A stretch of 64,000 nt of DNA from Opitutales bacterium (GTDB lineage Bacteria; Verrucomicrobiota; Verrucomicrobiia; Opitutales; UBA2987). Position numbers and translations under genes: made by a program. Positions 29,114-38,843 of the stretch are shown in pieces (within the stretch, counting starts at the first letter, position 1; the number at the start of each line of letters is the position of its first letter). The notes beneath the pieces are model-generated. The model ran no database searches and had not been told where the DNA came from. It saw only the letters and a list, made by a program, of their open reading frames with translations. The stretch spans positions 5,400-69,399 of the forward strand of contig JAJFLV010000025.1 of assembly GCA_021772535.1 (NCBI GenBank), written 5' to 3'.

Positions 29114-31186
29114 ATGTTCCGGCCTTCCTGTGACATCAGAACAGTTCACGCCGACCAAAATCAATTAGCGGAGCAAATAGCACGTAACCTGGATTCTGGA
29201 GGTTATGTCGTATCTTCAACGATTGAGGCGGAAAGCCATGGAAGAGTCACCATCACATCAAAAAACGAAATCCGTTCGCCATGGAAGCTTTTTAAGGAAA
29301 ACCTACCCCAGATTGTTCATTTCCGACTTGAGCAGAAGGAACACAACGAAATTGTTATTGAAACGGAGTTTGAGTCTCATGCTTGGTATGTGTTCTTTCT
29401 TGCCTGCTTGAATATTGCCTTCACTTGCCTGGGAGTAGCGCTTTATTTATTCCTGGCCTTGCGGGTTGGCGGTGTAGATCACCGTGTTCATGTCATTTCT
29501 ATTGTTCTCCTCATAGGCGGTTTGGCTTTCGCGGGCTGGATGCGTTTTGTGTTTCTTGCCCTCAATGCTCAGGGCAATGTCATATTTATCGAAGCGTTCT
29601 ATAAAAATATTCAAAACACTTTAGGCGTGAATGCACGGGTTATTCAGCGGCCTCATCTTTGCCCTCATTGTTCCAAATTTATCTCTTTTACATTCGTTTG
29701 TTTTCTGCTGGCAACTTCTTTGTTATTTGATTCAAATCTCTCATCAAAAGTAACGTTCTTTTTATTATTCGGCTTTATCTTATCGCTATGCTGTATTCAG
29801 GCGGCAAATATATTTGGGCGGGGAACAACCGTGGTCACGGTGCTCCATTCCACGGTATTTTTTGGCGTATATGGCGCGGTTCTATTTGCCGCCCTAAAAC
29901 CGCTGAAGCTGGCCGCATCAATTTTTGAGTCGCAAATCAGGCGCGGCGTTTCGCCTGACCTGAACCTGTCCCCTTACCTTCTGGAAGTAGCTGTTTTACT
30001 GGGTTGTATCATCTTTCCCACAGCATTCCTACTCAGTCTCTTCAGCTTCATCAAAAAAATCATTCCAGAGTTAGACCTGAGACGATCAAGGGAAATTCAG
30101 CCTATCGAACCCGAACCGGTGGAAAAATACTGTTCGTATTTTGTGGTCGGAGCGCTGTGGATTTTTTCCATCGGAGTGCACGCAGCGATTCTCTATATTT
30201 CGCTTTCGCTGCTTGAGCCCCTCCTATTTGGAAAGAATGTGATATTCCAAAACGCTTTTTTAACCGAATTTCACGAAACATTTGTTGTTTTGACCCAACA
30301 CTGGCATCCGAACTCTTTTGTAGAAAAAGCAGGCGTAGTATTGTCCAACCCGGCAGCGGAACGTTTTGCAGAAAGCATATGGAAAGTTTTTGTGTTCGTT
30401 TATACATTGCCCGTACTGTTTCTGTTCGGCGCATTGGTCGTTAAAAATCTCTCCAATTTACTTCACTATTTCCGATTGCTTCGGTCAAATTCTGGGCCGG
30501 AAAACACAGGGGATCAGTTTAATAGGATTCAGGAAATTGCACGAAACATCTCGGCCTATACAGGTATTAAGCCCCCTGCAGTTAGGATCGTCAACAGTGA
30601 AGCGATCAACGCCTATGTCGTCATTCCCAAGCTGCCTTTATTGAAGGAAATACTTGTCCTGACGGAAGGCGCTGTCACAAAACTGCCATCAAATGAAATC
30701 GCCGCCTTAATCGCTCACGAAATCGGACATATCCGGGCGCGGCATGTGGCCTATTTCTCGTTACTGGATTTTCTATCGGCATGGACTTTTCTGGGAGAAG
30801 GCTACGTTACTGTTCTATTTGCCAACCCGTTTCATCTGGAGGAGGAAGCGGATACTTTTGCTGTTCGCTATTTGGATGAAGAGCGGTTGCTTGGGAGACA
30901 AGCTTTGATTCAGCTTCTAACCTTGATTGAGAAGGAAAAGATTAAGGCGTACTGGCAAGCTTCTGAATTACAGGGTTTGTCTGTGAGCCGGAATGATCAC
31001 ATGGACTGGCTGCCGTCCACTCTGAGATATGGATTGAGCCATTATCCAGGTTTTGGACCAACAAAAAAACTATCGTTCAATTTCCGGCTGTTTTATTTTC
31101 TCTGTTACAATGGTTGGTTGGCGTATTACACACACCTGCCGTTTGACGAACGTGTGATGAAAATTAAAAGTATGGAAACGCCATGA
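29114..31186 (+). CDS. M48 (HtpX-like) membrane zinc metallopeptidase with extended multi-TM N-terminus
   Basis: INAYV, ALIAHEIGH, EEEAD, THLP...ER. Confidence 0.85.
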   Translation: MFRPSCDIRTVHADQNQLAEQIARNLDSGGYVVSSTIEAESHGRVTITSKNEIRSPWKLFKENLPQIVHFRLEQKEHNEIVIETEFESHAWYVFFLACLNIAFTCLGVALYLFLALRVGGVDHRVHVISIVLLIGGLAFAGWMRFVFLALNAQGNVIFIEAFYKNIQNTLGVNARVIQRPHLCPHCSKFISFTFVCFLLATSLLFDSNLSSKVTFFLLFGFILSLCCIQAANIFGRGTTVVTVLHSTVFFGVYGAVLFAALKPLKLAASIFESQIRRGVSPDLNLSPYLLEVAVLLGCIIFPTAFLLSLFSFIKKIIPELDLRRSREIQPIEPEPVEKYCSYFVVGALWIFSIGVHAAILYISLSLLEPLLFGKNVIFQNAFLTEFHETFVVLTQHWHPNSFVEKAGVVLSNPAAERFAESIWKVFVFVYTLPVLFLFGALVVKNLSNLLHYFRLLRSNSGPENTGDQFNRIQEIARNISAYTGIKPPAVRIVNSEAINAYVVIPKLPLLKEILVLTEGAVTKLPSNEIAALIAHEIGHIRARHVAYFSLLDFLSAWTFLGEGYVTVLFANPFHLEEEADTFAVRYLDEERLLGRQALIQLLTLIEKEKIKAYWQASELQGLSVSRNDHMDWLPSTLRYGLSHYPGFGPTKKLSFNFRLFYFLCYNGWLAYYTHLPFDERVMKIKSMETP

Positions 31187-32085
31187 GCAAATCAAAAATC
31201 AGTCCGCTGGAAGCGAAGAACCTATCCAAAAAAATCTTTCTCGAAATTCATCCGGAAAAGGATCTCTGGTTCGATCTGGCATGGGAGGCATTCGAGGAAC
31301 GCGGGTTCGATTTGCCCGTAAAGGGTAAAGCGCATGTGCTACCCGCATTGGCAATGTCTTCGGATTCGGACACGGCGGTCAAGGAATTGATCGATCATTT
31401 TGCGGTATTTTTCGAAGCTTTTATGGTATCCTTTCCTGTGGCTAGGGAGGAACTCTTAAAAAGAATCCAACAGGTAAGCCAGGAGCATGGTGAGGGCCTT
31501 ATCGCGACTCAAGGACTGGTAGAAAAACTTAATTGCCACCTGCCACTGGATGACGGGTCAGAAGCGCAGCGGATTGATCTCAAGAAAGCAGCCCCGTCTG
31601 AAAAACAGGTTTTCGTCGAAAGGCTCCTCAAAGGGGAATATACTGGACCCCGAAGCCGTTCACTGAGGTATGCAAAAAGCGTTCCATCGAGGGCGAGTTA
31701 CGACCTCGTTATCGATGAAAGGAATTCCACCCTGTATATCAGGCCGTCTGGCGACGATTTGGTCAAAAGGGATATATTCAAACTGCCTGGAATGCAGCGC
31801 GGTATGCTTTGGCTGGTTCTTTCTCATGTCTCCATTGGCTACTTGACTCATGAAGATATCGGAACAACTTTTGGATATGAATTGGGGAATAGGTTTGACC
31901 CGCAAAAAATTTATCAATGCCGCATTCAGTTGGGCAAGCTTTTGGGAGATGCTCTGAGGAATAAAGTTTTGTCCGAAGGGGTCACGAAAACCTACAGGAT
32001 AAGCAAGGAAAACTGGTCCTTTTGTTGGATCAGGGAACATTTGGATTCCGGCTCAAGCCTGCTCTTGCGAGGCGTTGGGCGGTAA
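31183..32085 (+). CDS. Hypothetical protein with C-terminal winged-helix-like domain, coupled to the M48 gene
   Basis: ATGA overlap; LTHEDIG...IYQCRIQLGKLLG resembles an OmpR-type wHTH. Confidence 0.6.
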   Translation: MSKSKISPLEAKNLSKKIFLEIHPEKDLWFDLAWEAFEERGFDLPVKGKAHVLPALAMSSDSDTAVKELIDHFAVFFEAFMVSFPVAREELLKRIQQVSQEHGEGLIATQGLVEKLNCHLPLDDGSEAQRIDLKKAAPSEKQVFVERLLKGEYTGPRSRSLRYAKSVPSRASYDLVIDERNSTLYIRPSGDDLVKRDIFKLPGMQRGMLWLVLSHVSIGYLTHEDIGTTFGYELGNRFDPQKIYQCRIQLGKLLGDALRNKVLSEGVTKTYRISKENWSFCWIREHLDSGSSLLLRGVGR

Positions 32086-32665
32086 TTACGACTGTTCAGG
32101 CTTGTCCTCTCGTTTGGAAAACTCGGGTAGTCGCATATGAGTCCAAAACCTCAGACCACCTACTCTGCTAGGAGAGATGGTCAGAGAATTATTATGAACC
32201 CATAATTACCATTTTATCATAGATATTTTGACTTAACATTATCGCTATATTGTTGATAATAAGTAACTTAATTCGACATTAAGCAAGTAAACTCTCAAAA
32301 TCCAATAGGCGACGCAAAAAAGGCTGTTTTCGAGTTCAGTTTAACCGCCGAATCAAGTTGGAGTTCCACGATGCGACGGTTACGAGTGATGCGTGATAGT
32401 TACTCTACGGGGAACTTAATGAGGCTTTCTGGCTGACTGCGATAGGAAACGAAAATTTGGTGAATGACCGCACAGACAAAAATATCCAACACACCAGAAC
32501 GGCTCTGTTTCGCCAGTTTGGTGATCTGGAACGGGCCAACCTGTGTAGAGGCAACATGCACATGGCCGACGATTGGTTGTCAGTTCTTCCAATCGATCGT
32601 TGCCCGCTATTGAGAGCGTCCCCTGAAACGACGTTTTCGATATCCTGACTTGTTAGCCCATTTCC

Positions 32666-33445
32666 TCAAAGCATATCAAACTCAGTCTGTTCAGGTCGCG
32701 GACTTGGCTTCGATTCATAATTTGAATGGGTTTCTGATTCATCTACTTCTGGAATTGTTTGGAAGATATAGCCACCTTTCCTTATCGAAATTATCAAGCG
32801 CCTTTCGTTGAGCAGCGTATTGCCGTGTATTAAGTCGGCATTTAAGTCAAAGAGCCATGCGTTAATGGCCGCCATCTTAACACACCTATCGTCAATATCC
32901 TGGCCGACATAAAAAGCATCTGGATGATATTTCGACATATTTATTAAAAGCCTTCCAGAACCACAGCAGGGATCGTTGATAGTAGTTCTCTCCATTGTTC
33001 GGCCACTAATCATTCTTGCCATCACTTCAGAAACATTACTAGGAGTCATAAACTGTCCATGTTCTCCGTAGGAAATGCCTGATTGATAAATTTCCCCAAG
33101 TATGTCTCTTTCCTTTTCCCGTGTTTCTCTCGACAACACACTCCAGGCTTCGGTAAAATAATCAATTGGTCGTTCACCCCTTCTCCTTGTCTGATTTTCC
33201 CTATATCGTTGAATAATTTGCAAGTATTGATCTTCATATTTTCCTTCTAATCGGTTTTCGCGTAATCTTTGAATAAGATCGGGTCGATTTATATTTTCTG
33301 TTAAGGAGCAGAGAGAATTCAAAATCAAATCCAGCCAATCAGGAAAAATTGTATTAGCTGAATAGCCAAAGCTCCTAATCTTCATTAATTCATTCCAAAC
33401 TTCCTTTCCATCATCTCCAATATAGTCACGATTTCTCCGAGCCAA
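32666..33445 (-). CDS. N-6 DNA methylase-like SAM-binding protein (HsdM-like, short)
   Basis: GQFMTP, DPCCGSG, GQDID, GNTL; GAGGTGA SD before a TTG start. Confidence 0.8.
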   Translation of the reverse strand: MARRNRDYIGDDGKEVWNELMKIRSFGYSANTIFPDWLDLILNSLCSLTENINRPDLIQRLRENRLEGKYEDQYLQIIQRYRENQTRRRGERPIDYFTEAWSVLSRETREKERDILGEIYQSGISYGEHGQFMTPSNVSEVMARMISGRTMERTTINDPCCGSGRLLINMSKYHPDAFYVGQDIDDRCVKMAAINAWLFDLNADLIHGNTLLNERRLIISIRKGGYIFQTIPEVDESETHSNYESKPSPRPEQTEFDML

Positions 33446-33479
33446 ATTTTAAATCACCTCATCATTTTCAAACACAAAT

Positions 33480-33728
33480 TTATTTATAGATTCTTCCTCT
33501 CTTGTCAAAAACCCTTACGAATAAAATCTTTTTCTTTTTATCAACGTCTATCAATGCCCTATAATCCCCAATTCTTAATTTATAACCAATGCCTTCATAA
33601 TGAACTAAATATCTAAATGGTAATTCTTTTATTTGATCGAATTTGTTTAAAATCCTTTTAGATACTTTTTTTTGTAGTTTTCGCAGGAGCATGAATGCAT
33701 TTTTACTCCATTCTATCGAGTAACTCAT
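33480..33728 (-). CDS. relE: RelE/ParE family toxin, paralogue of 13001
   Basis: YSIEW...YKLRIGDYRAL...VFDKRGRIYK. Confidence 0.9.
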   Translation of the reverse strand: MSYSIEWSKNAFMLLRKLQKKVSKRILNKFDQIKELPFRYLVHYEGIGYKLRIGDYRALIDVDKKKKILFVRVFDKRGRIYK

Positions 33729-33913
33729 TTTTCGATAATCAACTTCTTAACTTCTTCATGAGATATATTATCAGTTCTTTTTCTTGCTTCTGCTAACTCT
33801 TGTTCCGCCCAATCTGTTAATTCTTCCTCTTGAATGATTGCCTTTTTTATAAGTTCTATGTCCTTTCTCAAACTGAGCATATCTTGATGAATGGTTTTTA
33901 GATTGATTTCCAT
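33725..33913 (-). CDS. Cognate antitoxin, paralogue of 13249
   Basis: ELTDWAEQELAEARKR; ATGA overlap. Confidence 0.8.
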   Translation of the reverse strand: MEINLKTIHQDMLSLRKDIELIKKAIIQEEELTDWAEQELAEARKRTDNISHEEVKKLIIEK

Positions 33914-34009
33914 TCCCTGCTAAAGAATTTTATGTTTAAAAATCTATCGACATCGATCAATAGTGAATCCTTTCTTGTATTTTCTCATCAGCAAACTTTA
34001 TTCCTGATT

Positions 34010-34294
34010 TCATTTTCTCCAACTTAGACGTGGCTTAGATAAATATCTTTTTACCAGTTCTGGATTCCAAATCCAGACAATCCACCCCTCTTTGTCCCGT
34101 GCTATTTTTCCCGATTCTAACAGATAGTCAAAAACAACGCAAAAAGTCTGGTAAATCATTTTTTTAGGCAGAGCTTCCCAAAGAGATTTTTTCTTATATT
34201 CTCCAGAGTTGTCTCTAATAAAATTCTCTACTCTTAAAATAGTATCTAATTGTGGATAGTGCAGGATATTCTTTCTTAACATTACTTGTGGCAT
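34010..34294 (-). CDS. Small winged-helix-like protein of DPANN type
   Basis: YPQLDTI...LWEALPKKM.YQT...DYLLESGKI...VWIWNP; CGAAAGATTTTTAAG promoter about 21 bp upstream. Confidence 0.7.
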   Translation of the reverse strand: MPQVMLRKNILHYPQLDTILRVENFIRDNSGEYKKKSLWEALPKKMIYQTFCVVFDYLLESGKIARDKEGWIVWIWNPELVKRYLSKPRLSWRK

Positions 34295-34829
34295 GGTTAT
34301 ACATATTTGTATAACTTAAAAATCTTTCGGTAAATCGAGCCCAAACCAATAGCTGACAATTTCTCCAGTAAACTAGGTTTTTGGCAAAAACACGCACTAT
34401 CTACTCATCGGTGACTCGCGCGGAGCGTATAAGTCGCGAAATCGTGCTTTGATATACCCGTCAATAACACCCAATGGTGACAAGCGTCACTAAATTTTCA
34501 ATGGGTGAATCGGGAGTATTGTTCGTCGTGAATCCCTGGTATAGGGAGTTAAGGCGTATCTGAAAATAAGCCAAATGGAATTGTAATTGGTTCATGGCCA
34601 GCCACTTTCGCCTATTTATCCCTCCTGTGAAATCGGGAAGGAATTATAAGTAATATTTAAGCAAGCTTTAGGGGTTGAGTGAATGGCTGGCAACCCGCTG
34701 TTGTGATAATCTTAGGCTAAATAATTCAGAGCGTTAAGATGATACATTTATCAAATAAAACTATTTCTTAAAAGTATTCAGACAGCGAAGAAAACATTAA
34801 GGCCATACCCAGGATGGAAAGCATAATTT

Positions 34830-35249
34830 ATGGATATACTAACAAAATTAGCCCATGACTATTGGAATTGGGTTGGAAATTTTCACCCGATTTTTCAAAT
34901 GTTCCTTCTCAGGTGGGCGTGTCTGCTGCTCTCCCTTCTATTTTTTGGGACGATTGTTCGCACCATTTCCATAAAATTAGTGAGTAGGACGCTGGCCCTA
35001 CAGGTTTTGGCTGTAGCATTGGGTATTATCGTTGGATTTTCAATTTCAGTGGAGAAAGCCCTTAATCTCAAATCAAACGACTTAAATCTTCTCCTGACGA
35101 TTTCAATCCTTACCTGGCTTATCGTTCCTTATTTTCTTCCTCAAGTCCTTATACGAAGGAGAGGATTTCAGAGAATCACATGGCCGGTTATTTACCTGAC
35201 AGAATTCGTTCTTCTGGTTGTGCAATTCGTCGCTTTGAAAGGCAATTAA
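34830..35249 (+). CDS. Membrane protein (about 4 TM)
   Basis: Hydrophobic helices; first gene of the operon. Confidence 0.7.
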   Translation: MDILTKLAHDYWNWVGNFHPIFQMFLLRWACLLLSLLFFGTIVRTISIKLVSRTLALQVLAVALGIIVGFSISVEKALNLKSNDLNLLLTISILTWLIVPYFLPQVLIRRRGFQRITWPVIYLTEFVLLVVQFVALKGN

Positions 35250-35251
35250 CG

Positions 35252-35797
35252 ATGCTAACCATAATAAAATCAAAATTGTCCCGATTCTTTTCGGATGGAA
35301 TTGATACCTGGACCGGAAAAAATTCGCCTACTGTAAAGGCGGACCGATCCGTATCGAAAACTCCAGATGCAATAAATCCGCAAACACTTCCCGCACAACC
35401 AACAGTCCAGAGAATGAGGAACGATCTCATCCAGAGCGAGGTCGTCGAAGAAATCCTGAGTAAAAAATCCGAGCGGGTCCATATAGTCAAAAGTGGTTCG
35501 GAAATTATTGGCTCTGAAGAAAAAAGGAGTTTTACGGATGAAGGGCTGATCACGGACTCAGACCAATATTTTCTCCAAACCTCGGAAGGAAGATTTATCA
35601 AGGGGAAAGAACTGCACGGCGGAGGCGAATGCTATGCGTGTCAGCGATATTCCGATCGCGTGAATTTTTGTGATGTATGCCGGAAGCTAGTCTGCGTCCT
35701 TCATTCTGTGCCCCACCAAAATTTGACCGTATGTCCATCTTGTTGGCGAAAATTGAAGTTCAACGAGGATTCTTGGGAAGAAATTCAAGGGAAATAA
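35252..35797 (+). CDS. Binuclear Zn-finger protein (probable start 35252)
   Basis: CYAC...CDVCRKLVCVLH...CPSC provides eight candidate ligands. Confidence 0.7.
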   Translation: MLTIIKSKLSRFFSDGIDTWTGKNSPTVKADRSVSKTPDAINPQTLPAQPTVQRMRNDLIQSEVVEEILSKKSERVHIVKSGSEIIGSEEKRSFTDEGLITDSDQYFLQTSEGRFIKGKELHGGGECYACQRYSDRVNFCDVCRKLVCVLHSVPHQNLTVCPSCWRKLKFNEDSWEEIQGK

Positions 35798-35803
35798 TTC
35801 ATA

Positions 35804-37957
35804 GTGAAAAATCAGCAACAGTTTGACGATAGAAGTCCCGCCTTAAAGCGGTATGACCTTATTCAGTATCTAGCAAAGCAAGCCGGAATGAGGCAAGACC
35901 GGCGGGTGCTTAAAGCTCTGCGTTTGATTAAATTGAACCCCACAGACAGAAAGGCCATACGTGAAGTTTCAGGGCAAATTATCAATCTGATCAAAAGCAC
36001 TCCTGAACACTTGATCCAACAGCAAGACCTAAATCCATTTCAACCCTATCCCGGACGTATTGTATCCGGTCCGATAAGGATAGGAAAGGCTTACAACCCG
36101 CGAAACCGCTTCCCGGTCATCTTCGGACTCCACCCCTACGAGTTGAATCAAAACATTTTGCTGGCCGGGCGAGCCGGGGCGGGGAAAACGGTTCTTCTTC
36201 TAATCATCCTCTCGGAGCTAATGAGATTGGGGATGCCAGCCATGGTTTTTGATTTCAAGAGAGACTATAGACATTTAATCCGAAGATATCCTTCCATCCA
36301 GGTCTTCAACTGGAAAAACCTCAAATTCAATCCCTTCGCTCCCCCACCTAATACCGATTTTATCTATTGGGTTCAGGTGATCGTAGATATTTTCTTTGAA
36401 GTCTTCTTTGATACGACACCGATAGCCGCCAAAAGCATTTTCTTAGATTTTCTGGTTCGGAAATATCAAGAATTCGAGAAGCTTTATGGAAAGGGAGTTT
36501 ACCCAACTCTTTTTGATATTGATGAATCGATCAGCGAAACCCTAGCGAACAAAAGCGTTTCGAAGAATTACAAAGAGCGACTTTGCACAGCGCACAGCAG
36601 AATCCGGCCGCTTCTTGTTATTTTAGGAGAAATGTTTGATTGCCAGGAAGGATACCCGATTGAAGACCTCTTGGAAAAAACCGTCGTGCTCGAACTCGAT
36701 GGTCTACTGGAAGAACCCCAAAACTTTTTAGTCAACACCCTCTTTCATTGGATTTTCACCTATCGTCTTCAAAATAATCAGCGGGGGAAATTGGTTCACG
36801 CACTGTTCTTCGATGAAGCCAAGAAGATTGTGGCCAAATCCAAAGCTTCCGGCTCCTCAACAATTTCAAGGCTTCTTTCAATGGCTCGTGAAATGGGCCA
36901 GGCGGTTATTGCCGCTGATCAAATGCCTTCCAGTTTGGGCGATGCGATCCTCGCCAATGTTTACACCACCATCGTCCTGAATCTTTCTGCGGGCAAGGAC
37001 ATACACGCTATGGGCTATGCAATGGGCCTTAATGCAGAGCAAAGAGCCTATCTCAGTCGCTTTCCTGTCGGTCGAGGTGTTGTAAAATTGGCTGGCAGAC
37101 ACACCCAACCGTTCCTCATCGAGATTCCAAATTTCGAAATCAAAAAAGATGTCAGCGATGCAGAATTGGAAGCTTTAATGGAGTCAAATTTTTCCGAATT
37201 GAAATTTAAGCCAAGAGTTTCACGTCGGACTGACGCCGATGCTTATACAACAACCCAGCCCAAAGAGGAATCTCCACAACAGTTTGAGAAATCGCCAGTC
37301 CAAAAATCAAAGGATGATGAGATTGGGAAAACACCTGCGCTCCCATTCGATCTATCGGAGAAAGAATTCTCCTTTTTGATGGATGTGAAAAATCGTCCAT
37401 TCCTTTCCATCGGGAAAAGATATGAATCTCTAGGATTATCAGGTTACATGGGCAACAGGATTTGCCACACCCTCCTGGAGAAAGAACTGGTTAGGGATAT
37501 AGAAATCAGGATTGGGGGGCGAGGAAGGTCGCGAAAGTATTTGGAGTTTAAAGAAAAGGCTCAAGGGGAAATAGGTCGGCAAAATTTTGGTCCGGGAAAA
37601 GGCGGCTTTGAGCACGTCTTTCATCAACAACGTCTTCGTGATGATTTCATTCAGAAGGGTTTTCAGGCAGGGATAGAAACTTACCGGAACGGTAAGGCAG
37701 TGGATTTGGAAATTACCAAAGAGGGAATTTCCATTGCCATTGAGCTGGCCATGACTCCGGGAGGAGAGGTCAGCAATTTCCAAAAGAATTATCAAGCCGG
37801 TTGGACTCGGATTTGGTCCGTCTGCAAAGACCAGAAGATCATGGAACAAGTGCAGAGGGAATGGGAGGGCCAGAGGGCCAATTACCCTGCTGATCTTGTG
37901 GAATTTTTTCTCATTTCAGACCCGCGATTTTATTCTGACGGAAAAATTAACAATTAA
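35804..37957 (+). CDS. HerA/VirB4/TraD-superfamily (DUF87-like) ATPase with C-terminal wHTH and nuclease-like domain
   Basis: GRAGAGKT, FDFKRDY, KFNP, FFDEA, AREMG, ADQMPS, ILAN; C-terminal H..Q...VDL...IAIEL. Confidence 0.85.
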   Translation: MKNQQQFDDRSPALKRYDLIQYLAKQAGMRQDRRVLKALRLIKLNPTDRKAIREVSGQIINLIKSTPEHLIQQQDLNPFQPYPGRIVSGPIRIGKAYNPRNRFPVIFGLHPYELNQNILLAGRAGAGKTVLLLIILSELMRLGMPAMVFDFKRDYRHLIRRYPSIQVFNWKNLKFNPFAPPPNTDFIYWVQVIVDIFFEVFFDTTPIAAKSIFLDFLVRKYQEFEKLYGKGVYPTLFDIDESISETLANKSVSKNYKERLCTAHSRIRPLLVILGEMFDCQEGYPIEDLLEKTVVLELDGLLEEPQNFLVNTLFHWIFTYRLQNNQRGKLVHALFFDEAKKIVAKSKASGSSTISRLLSMAREMGQAVIAADQMPSSLGDAILANVYTTIVLNLSAGKDIHAMGYAMGLNAEQRAYLSRFPVGRGVVKLAGRHTQPFLIEIPNFEIKKDVSDAELEALMESNFSELKFKPRVSRRTDADAYTTTQPKEESPQQFEKSPVQKSKDDEIGKTPALPFDLSEKEFSFLMDVKNRPFLSIGKRYESLGLSGYMGNRICHTLLEKELVRDIEIRIGGRGRSRKYLEFKEKAQGEIGRQNFGPGKGGFEHVFHQQRLRDDFIQKGFQAGIETYRNGKAVDLEITKEGISIAIELAMTPGGEVSNFQKNYQAGWTRIWSVCKDQKIMEQVQREWEGQRANYPADLVEFFLISDPRFYSDGKINN

Positions 37958-38097
37958 AGCAAGTTTAAAGAAAAATCTTATTTGTAACCAATTACTTTCA
38001 AACAACTTATGAATTATTCAAGGAAACATGAAATGATTTTATTCTGATTCCCCAATTTATTCTACCACTTTCCCTCTCTAACAAGGCCCAGAAAAAA

Positions 38098-38832
38098 ATG
38101 AAAACACAGAAATTAAATCAAGAGAAGCCTGCAGGCACAGACAAACTCATTCAAAGAACAGACAAAGCAGTCGAGCAGTTCAATGTCTCCTTCGGTGAAT
38201 GCCTGGCGATTGCTGTCACCTGGTTGCAGAAATTGTCCATTCATTTGGAAAACCAAGACCAGCACCAACTGGATTTGGACAAACAGCTTCTCCGAATTGG
38301 AAAGCAATTGGATAATCAGGACACAGAACTTGATGGTCTTCGTAAACAACAAACCCGGCTGACCTCAATTATGCTTGGTCTAAGCAAAGAGAGTGATGCC
38401 CAAGGCCACAATATCGAGCAAATCAGGCTACTCAACGATGGTTTGGTGCGAAAAGTTGAGGATCTGTCCCAGGAATTCATCCAAGAGCATGTTGAAGCCC
38501 CATTGTATAAAGAATTCGCAAAAATTTACGGCTCACTCCTGGCCCTCGAACCTCTAATGAGGGCAAGCGGACAGGATGATCTTACTGCTCTGGCCAATAG
38601 CATAGAGAGATTCCTCGATACGGAGGGTATTAAAATCATTCGTCCCAAGCCCGGAGACCAATTCGAGCCAAGGCAACATCAGCCAATCAAGAAAAGTGAT
38701 ACGGACCAAAGCTCAATGAGCGGCCGTATCGCAAAGACCTATCTTCCCGGATTAGGCCAGAACGAGAGAATTATCCAGCACGCGAGAGTGGCAGTTTTCA
38801 CATTCAAAGAAAAATCTCAAACCCAAGAATAG
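38098..38832 (+). CDS. GrpE-like nucleotide exchange factor with long coiled coil
   Basis: C-terminal GDQFEPRQHQ...IAKTYLPG...RIIQHARVAV. Confidence 0.8.
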   Translation: MKTQKLNQEKPAGTDKLIQRTDKAVEQFNVSFGECLAIAVTWLQKLSIHLENQDQHQLDLDKQLLRIGKQLDNQDTELDGLRKQQTRLTSIMLGLSKESDAQGHNIEQIRLLNDGLVRKVEDLSQEFIQEHVEAPLYKEFAKIYGSLLALEPLMRASGQDDLTALANSIERFLDTEGIKIIRPKPGDQFEPRQHQPIKKSDTDQSSMSGRIAKTYLPGLGQNERIIQHARVAVFTFKEKSQTQE

Positions 38833-38843
38833 GAGGAATATAA

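Noticed and set aside
34410-34620. Nested hairpins (CACCCA..GTGAC-AAGC-GTCAC..TGGGTG) as oriT or ncRNA
   Set aside because: No recognisable family motif and no relaxase confidently identified
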